Made by a program: the position numbers and the translations under genes. The notes under the pieces were generated by a model. The model was not told the DNA's origin and made no database searches. It worked only from the letters and a program-made list of their open reading frames with translations. Shown here one piece after another: positions 25,712-38,040 of a stretch of DNA of 64,000 nt. The DNA comes from Heterodontus francisci (lineage: Eukaryota). Position 1 is the stretch's first letter. Each line of letters opens with the position of its first letter. Location: assembly GCF_036365525.1 (NCBI RefSeq), contig NC_090404.1:27302149-27366148 (forward strand), written 5' to 3'.

Positions 25712-28313
25712 CCAATTGATCCCCAATTAGATTTCTGGAGCTGTTTTACAAATTTGTAATCCCTGGTAAACATGAAAACCTTCGTGCCAAGCCGTTGACA
25801 GATGCACACAATGAGCGGTCATTACCAAGCTGACAGGTGTCGTGCCAGCAGCAGGCAAGATCTTTTCATATTGGGTATAAGGACACAGGCACTGTAATCG
25901 ATTGACTGCTGGTTCTGTTGTGCAATGATATGCAGTTGAATATTAGTTTTCACTATTGTGTTAATTTATTCTGAGTTATGAATAGAAAACAGACATCACA
26001 CCGTCGGTTGCTGCTTTTCAGTTTCACATAGAAAACGTAGGTTTTCACACTCCTCCTCCTTAACTACAATACCTGCATCATCCCCCTCTTTTGTAATTTA
26101 AGATGGGTAAATGAAGTTAAGATGCAACTCAACCATGATCTAACTGACTGACGGAACAGGTTTGTCAATCTGAATAACCTTCTCCTGTTCCTATGTTCCT
26201 TTTCCTCGTATTTGAGCGTTCTGCTGCTAAGTATGAGTAATTGTCACCCAAAACCTCTGTAGATTAGAACGGCCCATGCACGATGTGCAGCAGGTTAAGT
26301 TCCTTAATTTTGGCTAAAAACGTGATACTTGTGAGCGGATCATTATTCCACAGTGAATCAAAAGCAATCTCTGAACGGTAACCATAGAGGAACACCTTTT
26401 CTCCCAAGCTACTGGGCCGCTGCAAAATGTAATCTGGAAGCATTGAATCTCGTCCTATTTCACTCTGTCCTACAATATATCCTGTTGTTTTGAACTCACC
26501 ATTAACGTTGCCCCTTGTGATAGTTTATTCCACATTCCAAGCAGACTTCGCCTAATGTAAAATTGTATCTCACCTTCATGCACCCGATACTAACTCTAAT
26601 GTTATATTCGCTTGTTATTGATGACACAAGAACTTCAGTGATGTATAGTAATGTTATTATTTAAGAGAAAACGTTGTTCTATTTACTTATACATCACACA
26701 TGTCTCCTGGACTTCCATATGGTGATTCAAAATCAAATAGTCCGTATCTCCTTTAGCAACATAAATTATTGTCCTTTTTTATAAACGTTATCATTTTTTC
26801 TTTCACTTCCACCGCTCAACGTTGGCAATATGTCGGCAATATCTTCATTTTATTAAACAATGATAATAAAAGTTCACATTTCCGTTCAACACCCTTAACA
26901 TTCACTTTTGTCCCCGAGTCATCTAACACTGCAACACACGCAAGTGGTTCCCTCACAACAGCTACAATTTTAAAGATGTCTACCAAGACTTCGTTGCCCT
27001 GATAATTTTGCTACATACCCTCTGAAAGTTCCTCTTAATATCTAACATTAGATTTAATTAATTGTGTTCGTAAAAAGTAGCCTTAACTTTTGATATTTCT
27101 CATCAAAACTCTAATTCCGTGCCTGTTTCAATTTTAATTAATGCACTTTACATTTTTATTTCTATGACTTTAATTTTTTCTTATTAGGCCACTAAAAATT
27201 AACTCAGCCCTTGAAATGTGGCGATGCCAGTGGTATGCAGATTCTGCATTATTGGCATCATCATCTCCATTATCGAATTGCTCTGTTTTCCATTCAGTCC
27301 CATTTCTGTCTCTAGTCGGTTGGAGATTAGAAGCTGCCGTTGGAACCGGAAGTGCACCTGTATCGTGCTGACATACCTTGGACCACAACTGTCACCCACT
27401 GTTTGCAGCAGCAGCAAGCAGCTCCACTCACAAGATGGTTTCAACATAACCTCAACGGTTAAAGAAAATGTTAACGGTGTATATTTTCTCAAAAAAAAGG
27501 TTATCTCGTTGAAAGTGATAAAGTGAGCATTTCACTCATTGTGGAAATGATTGAGAAGATAACTGCCACAGAGAGGAAGTGGCATACAAAGATTCTTCCT
27601 GATAAACACGTGGCAACTGAATGCATAAGAGAATTATCCACGGGGGAATCCCGTTACTGAGATGCCCCTTCTTTATTCTCTGACCATCCAGGACCTTAAA
27701 AATTCTGGTGCTTCCCATGGACATAACACCAAGAAGGCAATAAAAACAAAAAGTGTTGGAAAATTTTCAACAGGTCTGGCAAAATCTGTGGAGAGAGAAG
27801 CAAAGTTAACATGTCAGGTCAGTGACCTTTCATATTTTGCTTTTATATTACCCAGAAGGAAATGTTCAATATTTACATAATATTTCCTCCAAGTTACTAC
27901 TTTCTGATGCATTCAATGTTTTTTTTATACAGAAAACATTAGTGAACCTTGATGTCCTATTTGAAATAAGCCAATCGTATTTTTCTTCCGTGTTAGTAAT
28001 TTCAGCAGGTTCATGCCTACACCTAGAGTGAACCACGATATTGTACATTGATGCTATGACATTAATTCTCTTTCCTTTGCAACACAACAGCTGTCCTGTT
28101 TGGACTTAAATGGTTGTGATTTGTGCGGTTGGAATATTGACTTTGTCCTTGGCTGGAGACTGGCGGCCGTGCTCCACCCCAAAGAATGAACATTACAGGA
28201 CATGCACGGGGACACTGAAAGGACATACCAACCCTCAATGCGGGTTCTTTCGGCGGCCAATTCATGTTCGTTCCCAAAGGTTATAAAGTGAATATACACA
28301 CGATGGAGCAACA

Positions 28314-28749
28314 ATCCGGTTTATTGGAATCTGTGCTCTGTTGTGAGCACTTATTCGAGGTAATTATTCTGGGACATGATTTTGGATCAAATGTGAATAG
28401 TTCTGAATTTTAGTATTTGACTTTGGTTTCCATTTATTGCAAGCCTGAGTCAGGAAATCTCTGTTGTACAGCAGCTTCCGACAGCGATTGTGATGAAAAG
28501 AAACATTATAACTTTAGACTGCTTCTATTTCAGGACCAAGAGTTCCTACAGCTTACTGTGGGTCCGGCAATATCCCGGCACAGAACCAGAGATTCTACTT
28601 CGCAAGTTTTCAGGATTGTACCAAAATAAACCTAATTTTACTGGAAGCCGTTTCTCCTCTTCCCTGGATTCCTTGAATCCCATATTCACCTTAACAGGGT
28701 CCAAACTGCGTCCCACTGATGCAGCCATGTATTACTGTGCGCTGACTCG
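28314..28749 (+). pseudogene. TCR alpha/delta-type V pseudogene (V2) with a disabled leader but an open V frame
   Basis: Leader [ATC]RFIGICALL*ALIR with donor G|GTAATT at 28360. The expected acceptor reads TTGCAA|GC. The V frame is LSQEISVVQQ...TLDC...LLWVRQYPGTEPE...RFSS...DAAMYYCALT. TATAAA is at 28282-28287. Confidence 0.85.
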
Positions 28750-28788
28750 CACAGCAGGAGGAACCAGTTAGACCCTCGTACAATAACT
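28750..28788 (+). other. 23-RSS of V2
   Basis: CACAGCA, 23-nt spacer, ACAATAACT. Confidence 0.85.
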
Positions 28789-31700
28789 AGCTGGGCCTTT
28801 GTGCTCTGGAGATGATCCGTATTTGGAGCTGTGCATGCTGGCAGTGAGGGGGATCATCATATGGTGTGATGTGAGGGTCACTGGAAAACAAGCATAGTAT
28901 ACAGCGATTTAGAAACATTTTGACTGCAAATAGCCATAAAATCCCCATCGACCCAACCATGGTAGGTGACTTGTGGAAAGGATTGAGTTTGATTTCCTTT
29001 CCAATTAGTGATACAAACGTGGAATTAATATTTCTCGTGTCATATTGCTGACGAAATCATAAAAATATATTAAAGCAAAGAAGCGGTTCATCTTATATTA
29101 AATACTTTTCTAAAATTAAATTTTAGCTATTGTCTATTTGTGACTTTTTGTGAGCAACGTGCAGCCGGTTTAAATTTAAGGTAATTCCGGGCAGACACTG
29201 TCTTTACTGATAAAGAAGTTCATCAGAACCAAAATCAGATTTTCTTCGTTGGATGGCTGCTTCATGCATCATCGATCTTTTAGTAACTAGCTCCCTGACG
29301 TCTCCATAGACATGCGTTGGCCTGCAGGTCAATAAGATATAACTTCAGATAGTGCCTCCTCCGAGGCCAGCTGTATATGTTGGGCGTTGCTTATCTCTGT
29401 AACTGCCTCCAGTTAAATGAGTTGATTGGCAGTTGTCAGTGTGAAAGCTTGGGAGTGATCCTTGTTAAAATAATGTTTTTTTAACCAATTGGGTCGAAGT
29501 AATGCCATGGAACATGCTGTATGCAGCAGGATGGAAATACATTTTTGAAGAGTAGGTGTTAGGACATGTAGTTTCAGAGTCAAAGAAGCCGGATCATCCA
29601 AAAGGCAGACTCCAGAATAATCAGAATCCGGATCAAGCAGAAGCTAGATCAGTCAGAAGCTGGATCAGTAATACCCTCCAACTCGAGACCTGTAACGGGT
29701 GAATTCCCCAGTAACTCATAATATCCTAAAGCAATCTCTTAAATACAGGGTATTCATCAAGTCCTTGTGCAACTTTAAACTTTGAAAACTTTGGAATGAC
29801 ACGCGATGGAGGGAAGCTGTAAACAGTGCATGAACGCATAATTTAAAACGTGTTTTCATGTTAATGCTATGTTACTGTTCATGAAATCACTCCGCAGCAA
29901 CTGGGGAATGTTTTCAACGAGTTGGAAAATCGGATTGTACGATGCATCACCAAGATTATGGTGATTTTGAAGCCCATAAATTTAAAATCTATTGTGTTAA
30001 AACATCATGAATTATGCCTTCATGCACATTTTACAGTTTGCTTATGTCATATCTATATCAAAACTTATTACAGATTTGATTTTCGCCACATCTTTATAAC
30101 CGCCTTGTATTTGTGTAATTGTTATTATTAATCATTATCTATGTATGCTTAATAACTATCATTGCCAATAAATGCCTTTGAGTCTTATAAACTTGTGCAA
30201 CAATGAATAAACCCATAAGTAAGTAAACCCCATTCGCTCACATTGCAATATATCAATAAAATAAAAAATCTGGCATGATCGCAATGTCCACAAAAAGCAC
30301 CAAGAGGGAGCATCTCCCATACATCATTGGTTCACTTCTACGCTAGGCAAAGGAAAAGGGAATTCAGGTCGATATGTCTACCCACTGAGAGCAGAACCGT
30401 TCATGTCCTTACAACCACGTTAATGGCAAGAAAACCTGGACATGGGCAGTCATTATGGGAGTGTAATAAATAAACACCCAGGCGATGATTTTCCCTCCAG
30501 GTGCTAATTACGAAAATTTAATTTGCTTTCCAACGCCTCTGGAACTACAGAATAAAACACGTACTTTAACTCTTAATTATTTTTGTCCAGTAAGAAAAGA
30601 AAATAGGTTCACAAATCGGGTTAAAGACAATTGTTTAGAATTTTAAATTGAGCAATAATGTAACTTCAAAGATTGGGAAGATTATGTGGATGGAATCTCA
30701 TTGATCCATATAGAAACCAGCTACAGAGCAGGCACGATAATGTTCCAGATACACCACTTCGCTGAACGAATTATTTCACAGAGCACAGTTTGAGGGACGT
30801 TCTCTCCAATTGTTGATAGAACTAATTTCTTGGATACAAATCCATCCCGAATTGACCAGATGAAAGACGACTTTACCAATGAGCATCGTTTTATAGAATC
30901 CTCCCCAATTCAGCACAATCTCACACAGACGACCGTTACTTTCACAAATGAAGAAACATAAACCTAAAGTTTTTTTCTTTGAAATTCAGAGAATGATACG
31001 CCAGAGAAGGGAGTCTATTGGCGTTGTATTATCTATTTTGGTCGAGCTGAGCGATTAATCCTACTCTACTGATCTTTCCCCATAGTCTTCTAAATTCTTC
31101 CCTCCAAATGTTTATCAAATTCCCTTTTAAATGTTGTTATTTAATTTAGTTCTACCACCCGTTCCAGCAGTCCATTCCAGATCACAACAACTCGCTGTGT
31201 AAGAAAAGGCTTCTTCATGTTGCCGCTGACAATTTTGACACTCATTTTAAATTTGTACTGTCTGCTTATTGATCATTCTGCCACGGGAAGCAGTTTCTCC
31301 TTATTTACTCTGTCAAAACCATTCATGACTTTGAACAGCACTATCAGATCTCCTGTCGACCTTCTGTGCTCTAAGGAGAACAGTCCTAGCTTCTTCAGTC
31401 CCTTTACAAAAACTTCAAGTCTACTATTCATGTTAAAGTTCTTAGTCAATCTAATTTTCACCATCTTCCAGACCTGACATCATTCCTACAGCGTGCTTGC
31501 CAAAACTGAATACAATATTCCAGCTGAAACCTAACCAGTGTTCCATAAAGATTTAGCACAACTTCTTTACTTTCTACCCTATTCATAAAAAAAAACCATA
31601 ATAGATAACAAATAGAAGCAGTATTAGGTCATTCTACCCCTCGTGTCTGCTCCAGCATGCAGTAAGACCATGGCTGAAATTTTGCATCAACTCTACTTTA

Positions 31701-31850
31701 CCGCCCTATGTCTGTATCCCTTGATTCCACCAGTACCCAATAATCTATCGTAGTGTTGATTATTATCAATGAATGAGCATCCACGGCCACGTTGGAGTAC
31801 AGGATTCCAAAGATTCACAACACTCTGAATGTCGACGATTTTCGGCATCA

Positions 31851-32207
31851 TAGTTTAGAGTTTAGTTTAGTTTAGAGATCCAGCACTGAAACAGGCCCTT
31901 CGGCCCACCGAGTCATTTATACTAATTTATACCACCCATTTATACTAATCCTACACTAATCCCATATTCCTACCACATCCCCACCTGTCCCTATATTTCC
32001 CTACCACCTACCTATACTAGGGGCAATTTATAATGTCCAATTTACCTACCAACCTGCAAGTCTTTTGGCTGTGGGAGGAAACCGGAGCACCCGGAGAAAA
32101 CCCACGCAGACACAGGGAGAACTTGTAAACTCCACACAGGCAGTACCCAGAGTTGAACCCGGGTCGCTGGAGCTGTGAGGCTGCGGTGCTAACCACTGCA
32201 CTGCCCC
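31851..32207 (-). mobile_element. HE1-type SINE, full length with a small internal rearrangement
   Basis: Reverse complement of 1920-2270, with a (TTTAG)n tail. Confidence 0.9.
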
Positions 32208-34129
32208 ATTGTCGACCATTTATCCTGTGCATGCTCTATTAATAAAATCAACGACCCCTGATCAGGAGACCTAACCAGTCATTTATCAAAGTTTATCATA
32301 GTCTCCTTGCTCTTATACTCTATTCCTCTATTTATATAGCCCAGGAACCCATACGTTTTTTAGTAGTCATCTCAATCTATTCTGCCACCTTGACAGATTT
32401 GTGTACCTACACCACTGGTCGCCCTGTTTTAAAAACTTCCTTAAAATCGCAACATTTAATTCATATTGCTTTTCCTCATTCTTCAGACCAAAATATTTCA
32501 TTTGGCACTTCTCTGTGATAAATGTCATTTGGTATGTGTCTGCACATATCACCAGGATGTCTGTGGTCTCCAGACGTCTTTACTGTCCATATCATTGTCT
32601 ACTATATTTTAGAGTTTCCTACCATCTGCAAACTTTGAAATCATGTCCTGTGTGCATATTGAAATTATGTCCTATGTGCGCTCCAGGAAATTCTCAGCCT
32701 CCCATATGCCCTGCAATGATTCCAGCCACTCGTCATGTTCAGAAAGCCTGAGTTCACTTTCGGGCAATTGGAAGCAGTTGCTGCCTATGTTTTTATCCAG
32801 GGCACATGAATAGTCCGGGTGTTCCTACACTTTACAGGAATTACTGGAAATGAGCCTCTATCTCTACGTACAGTAACACGGAATACTGGCTAGTCGAATG
32901 TTAGACGTTTTCCTGTTGTATCAAAGCTCGTGCTGCAAAACAGTACGTCTATATTTATAGTGGAAACATTTCTGACTGCAATTCCACCTCCAGACCGTGA
33001 ATGGCGCTGGGGTTTGTGTTTCCCAACTCCTTCATATTGTAGGGAAATTGCTTGCTTGAAAAGAAAAACGTACTATCTTGATTCAAATGCAGTATCTCAA
33101 TTGCTATTACTAATAATAACAATTATTACAATAAAACATGATGCAATTATGCCAAAAAAAACTAGGAGAAAATATATGTCTTGAAATGGGGCCTGAATCA
33201 TGTCTGAGTTCCCTGATCCAACAATCCAACGCCCTTGAACTTGTGTTTGGAAGAATATGCTGGCCTTGACTGTTCTATGGAATATCATGGACGACTCAGC
33301 ATTAATAGATTGGGTATAATGGGCACTTCCTACAACCGTTACACCAACTACCGTAATAGGATCCCAATCACACTCTGGTCATAACACTCAAGTCACGGTG
33401 ACAAATGTCATGAGATGGCTTCTGGAAACCTTAGTAAATATAAATCAGCTAGTCAGGAAACACTACACCCGTGATTTAAAAAGTACGAAAAATAGTTATT
33501 CATATTTCTGCTCCGTGATGCTTATGTTGAAAAAATGTAAAATACAAAGAAGCAGAACGGTTAGGAATCAGACAATTCTTAGTACTTGCTGCTGGAACAT
33601 TAATAGATCTATAAGCAATTTGTTATTAAAACATTCCTTTGCTCATTGGGTCAATGGAAACGTCAGTCCATTAACGTGATGTGGGTAACACTTCCATCAG
33701 GCGATTGTGTTAAACCTGGGCTGTTAATCCGCCAACAATAACCTCTGGCTGCACATGATGACGCCCCTAATTTTTGCACCAATACCTTTCCTTTGCTAAA
33801 TGACGAAATTGAACCACGTGACCAGATCATGGCGATGTCGGATCGGAGTGAGGCTGTGGGTGTGCTTTTCCAGGTATGATGAACCAATGAAACAGGTCAA
33901 CCCTGTGCTATTGTCCCTGTAGCATTTCTTAGTAATTACTGTCACATTCCTCTGGTCGGATTTGTAGAAGCGGTGCACAAGATGAAAGGAAATTTCAGAT
34001 GGGTAGTAATGCTTGTCGTTCCAGTCAGCTTCTTGACATGTAAGTATTCAAATGTGCTAGCTGACAGCGACAAAACGTGTGTCCCTTGAGATGGGTAAAC
34101 ACATTTGTTATGAAATTCATTAATAACTT

Positions 34130-35630
34130 GGATAAGGAACAGAAAATTGCATATCCAAGTTTGTAGATGACATTAAATTAGGAAGGACAGTCAGTCGTGC
34201 AGTTGTAAGGAGGAAATTGAGAAAATAAATCAGTGGGCAAAAATGTGAGAGATTGAGGTTAACCTCGGCAAATATGAAGGTATTCAGCCTGAGGTAGAAA
34301 GAGATAAAAACAAGTAGAGGGGACAAAATGCAATCCAAAAGGCGAGTGGAAGGTTGCTCCTTTTCTCAAGGGGGCTGCAATACAAAGACGTGAAAGTTAA
34401 GCTTTAGTTTCGCAAAGCTCCTGTTCGACTGCACATGCAGTACTACATTCGGTTCTGTGCACCACACCCCAGGAAGGACATATTTGCTTTGAAGCTGTTC
34501 CAACACAGATTCACCAGAACGATGCTGGGGATAGAATATTAAATTATAAGGGCAAGTTGCATAACGTTGTGTTCTATTGCCTTGAATATAGAATATTAAA
34601 GTTTCTGCTGATCGAGGTGCTTTTAATGTTAAAGTATTCGATAGATAGATAGATATGGAGAAAATATTTCGTCTGATCACGGAATCAAGAGCCAGAGTAC
34701 ATAACCTTAAGATTAGAGCCAGGCCATTTACGAGGGAAATCAGGAAACATTTTTTACACAACGGGTAGTGGAAATCTGTAACTCTCTCTTGCAAAAGGCT
34801 ATGGATGCTGGCTCACTCAGAGCTTTAGGTAGAATAACATAGAATGTACAACACTGAAACAGACCATTCAGCCGCTGTTTATGCTCTTCATGCGATTCCT
34901 CCTATCCATCTTCATCCAACCGTTTTAGTAGAAACTTCTATTAATTTCTCCATTATCTGTTAACCAGTTTCCCTCTTAAATGCATCTATGCTAGAAACAT
35001 CACCTCCTACTCCTCGTGGTAGAGAGTTCCACATTCTCAGCACTCTCTTGGTAAAGAAGTTTCCCCTGAATTCTCTATTGGATTTATTAGTGACAATCTT
35101 ACATTTATGACCACTAGTTCCAGTCTTCCGCACAATTGGAGACATCTTCTGTATGTCTATTCTATCAAACCCTTTTGCAATCTTAAATACCTTTATCAGA
35201 TCAAGCCTCAGTCTTCTCTTTATGAGAGAAAAGAAGCATTGCCTGTTCAATCCTTCTGGTCCGTTTAACCTCTCAGTTCTGACGCCATCCTTGTAAAAAT
35301 AAATGCATCAGTATGGAAACCAGAACTGTGCACAGATCTGCAAGTGCGGTCCATCCAAGGTTTATTCAGATGTAACATAATTACATTCTTATTCAGTTAT
35401 TTCCATTCAGAAATGAACCTCAGTACTTTGCTTGCTTTCTGATGGCCTTCTTAACCTGCACCGCTACTTTTACTGATTTGTGTATCTGTATCTCAAGATC
35501 CCTTTATACATTGTCCCAATTGGACTCTCATCTTCCAAGGAGTATGTGGCCTCCTTATTCTTCCAATCAAAATGCATCACCTCACATTTAGCTGTATTGA
35601 AATTAATAAATTACGTGCCACTTCTGCAAT
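34130..35630. mobile_element. Two old CR1 fragments (plus about 34130-34830; minus about 34835-35630)
   Basis: AAGTTTGTAGATGAC RT motif and ORF 34960-35250 (RRLRLDLIKVFKI...FFTKRVLRMWNSLP). Confidence 0.7.
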
Positions 35631-35803
35631 TTTATTAATCTCTTCCTGTATTTTGTTGCTGTCATTTCAAGATGTTAGTTACTTAAGGACAAGAATAAAG
35701 GTATAAGAGCTATGGAGGGTAAATGGATTTGGTTGACAGATCAAATATGAAGCAGGACCGAAAAGTTGAATGGTATACACCTGCTTCCGTATCTCTGCAA
35801 TAC

Positions 35804-36132
35804 ATGTTGGGACTGCTTGGGGGTGTTTGCTTTCCTCCATTAATAACATTGGTTGTTACAGGTAAAGAAGAAGTTGTACAATCATTTCCATCACAGACTC
35901 CTGGTGAATGGAAAACCATATCGATAAACTGCCACACAACCATTCCGTTCTCTGTGATGTACTGGTACGTGCAGTCTCCAAACCAAAGCCCAAAGATGTT
36001 GATAATGGCATCGGAAAACGGTGAACGTAAAGGTCGATTTACAGCCGTCAGTCGAAGTTCAGAGAAGAGCAGCTCCCTGACTATCGTGGCTTTACATCTG
36101 TCGGACACCGCGATCTACTTCTGTGCCATACG
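35804..36132 (+). CDS. TCR alpha-type V segment (V3) with leader and V in one open frame
   Basis: MLGLLGGVCFPPLITLVVTG runs directly into KEEVVQS...ISINC...MYWYVQSPNQSPKMLI...GRFT...SSLTI...DTAIYFCAI. Followed by a 23-RSS. Confidence 0.9.
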
Positions 36133-36171
36133 CACAGTGTTAAAAGGAGTGACAAGGTCCGTACATAAACC
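36133..36171 (+). other. 23-RSS of V3
   Basis: Consensus CACAGTG, 23-nt spacer, ACATAAACC. Confidence 0.93.
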
Positions 36172-36589
36172 TGGGCTACCTTTAGCATCCTATGTTTGAA
36201 AACAAAACAAAAAAAGAACAATGAAGTAGATTTTGACTTTGCAGGATAGTCAAAACTGATGATAGAGATTTGGCAGCCCGTTTTACATCTGTCCAGAAGT
36301 CAATTTGCATTAATAGCTGTAGGAATTAAAGTCGAGGAGATGTAAAACGCTCTGCTGCTTCGCTAATTCGTAACAGCTAGGCTTTTCAGTTGACAGTGAC
36401 AAGTGGCGTCCCGTAGGATCTGTACTGTGGCCTTAGCTTTTCACTGAATTGAAACATGACTTAAACTAAGCAACAGTATATTGTGGAGGTGCTGTAGGAT
36501 TAGAGAATGGCAAATGTGACACCCATATTCAAGAAAGGTTGTAAGAACAGTTCTAGCAACTACAAGCTAGTTAGTTTAACCTGTGAAAC

Positions 36590-36720
36590 GTTCTGATGAA
36601 TGGTCACAGACCTGAAATGTTAACTCTCTTTCTCTCTCCACAGATGTTGCCTGACGTGCTGAGTATTTTCAGCACTTTCCATTTCGATTTCAGATTTCCA
36701 GCATCCACAGTATTTTTCTT
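36590..36720 (+). mobile_element. Penelope-like element end with a minimal hammerhead-like core
   Basis: CTGATGA-AT-GGTC-ACA-GACC-T-GAAA followed by TCTCTCTCCACAGATG..GCCTGAC.TGCTGAGTATTT. Related copies at about 12255, 17440, 19960 and 27750. Confidence 0.55.
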
Positions 36721-36759
36721 TTATGCTATTACTTTATTTATTTATTTGTTTGATTTATT

Positions 36760-38040
36760 TTAATTAAGAATAGCCAGCATGGATTTGTAAAAGGCAGATC
36801 ATGCTTCACTAATCTAAGTGAATCTTTTGTTGAAGTCACAGAGAAGATCGATGAAGGGAATGGGGCAGATGTTGTTTATACGGCTTTCAAGAAAGCATTT
36901 GATAAGGTACCACATAAAAGGCTGGTTAACAAAATTGAGGCTCATGGAATAAGAGGGCCAGTATATAATTGGATAAGAAAAACATTGGCTTAAGACAGAA
37001 AACAGTGATTGGTTAATTTTTAGAATGAAAGATGGCAGACAGTGGCGTTCCCCAAGGGTCAGTGCTGGGACCATCGTTTTTTTTTTGCTATATATAAATG
37101 TCTTGGCTCTTACAATACAGAGTAGAAACCCAACATTTGCTGATAGTGCCAAACTTGGAGGTGGAGCAAATGGTGAAGATTATTGAAGCACTTGCAACGG
37201 GACATAGATAGACTCGTGGAGTGGTCGGAGAGGTGATAGATGGAATTCAATAGTGACAAGTGTGAGATGATGCATTTTGGAAGAACGAATAGGGAGAGGC
37301 AATATATAACAAATAGCATAGTTCGAAAGAGTGTGCAGGATCAGAGGGACCTGGGAGTGCATGTGAATAAATCTTCAAAGGTGGTAGGACATATTGAGAG
37401 AGTGTTAGTAAAGCAAGTGAGAACTTGGGCTTCATAAATAGAGGCATTGAGTACAAAAACAGGACCTTTATAAATCTCGAGTTAAGCTCCAACAGGAATA
37501 TTGTTTCCATTTCTGGTCACCACACTTTTGAAAGTATGCGAGGGTCCTTGAGAGGGTGCAGAGGAGATTTACCAGAATAGTGCCAGGGATGGAGGATCTT
37601 AGTTACGATGTTAGGTTGGAAAAGCTGGGTTTGATCTCCTTAGAACAAAAGAGATTGAAGGGAGATTTAATAGAAGTGTGCAAAATTATGATGGGCTAGA
37701 TAGGTTAGACAAGGAAAAAACTGTTCTCATTATCAAATGGTATAATGACAAGGGGACGCAGATTGGAAGTTTTGGGCAAAAGCTGCAGGAGGATTATGAG
37801 GAAACACGTTTTTCATGCAGCCGTGTTAATAACCTGGAACTCTCTGCTCATAAGGGCAGTGGAAGTGAGACAATCACTGACTTCAAGAGGAAGTTGGATG
37901 CCCACCTGAGAGAAATAGATTTGCAGGGCTAGTGGGATCGAGCCCGGGAGTGGGACTGACTGCATAGCTCTGTAGAGAGCTGGAATGGACTCGATGGGCC
38001 AAATGGCTTACTTCTGGGCCGTAAATGACTCTATTACACT
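36760..38040 (+). mobile_element. CR1 LINE 3' portion
   Basis: HGFVKGRSCFTNL, FKKAFDKVPHKRL and MEFNSDKCEMMHFG, then a 3' tail ATGGGCCAAATGGC...ATGACTCT. Confidence 0.8.

Noticed and set aside
27199-27492. Minus-strand ORF with a leucine run and a GTATGT donor, near an ETS-like CCGGAAGTG
   Set aside because: No partner exon or recognisable homology.
28303-28359. Rescue leader MEQQSGLLESVLCCEHLFE for V2
   Set aside because: Its phase-0 donor does not match the V frame at the available AG, and the peptide is not signal-like.
33829-33879. Mini-exon MAMSDRSEAVGVLFQ|GTATGA with nearby TGACG and CACGTG motifs, as a distant V3 leader
   Set aside because: It is phase 0 and incompatible with the phase-1 site at 35862, and the phase-1 reading contains a stop.
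28443-36171. V2 or V3 as a leaderless NAR-TCR supporting V delta
   Set aside because: Neither has an extra CDR1 cysteine, no upstream NAR-type V-D-J is visible, and both show leader sequence.
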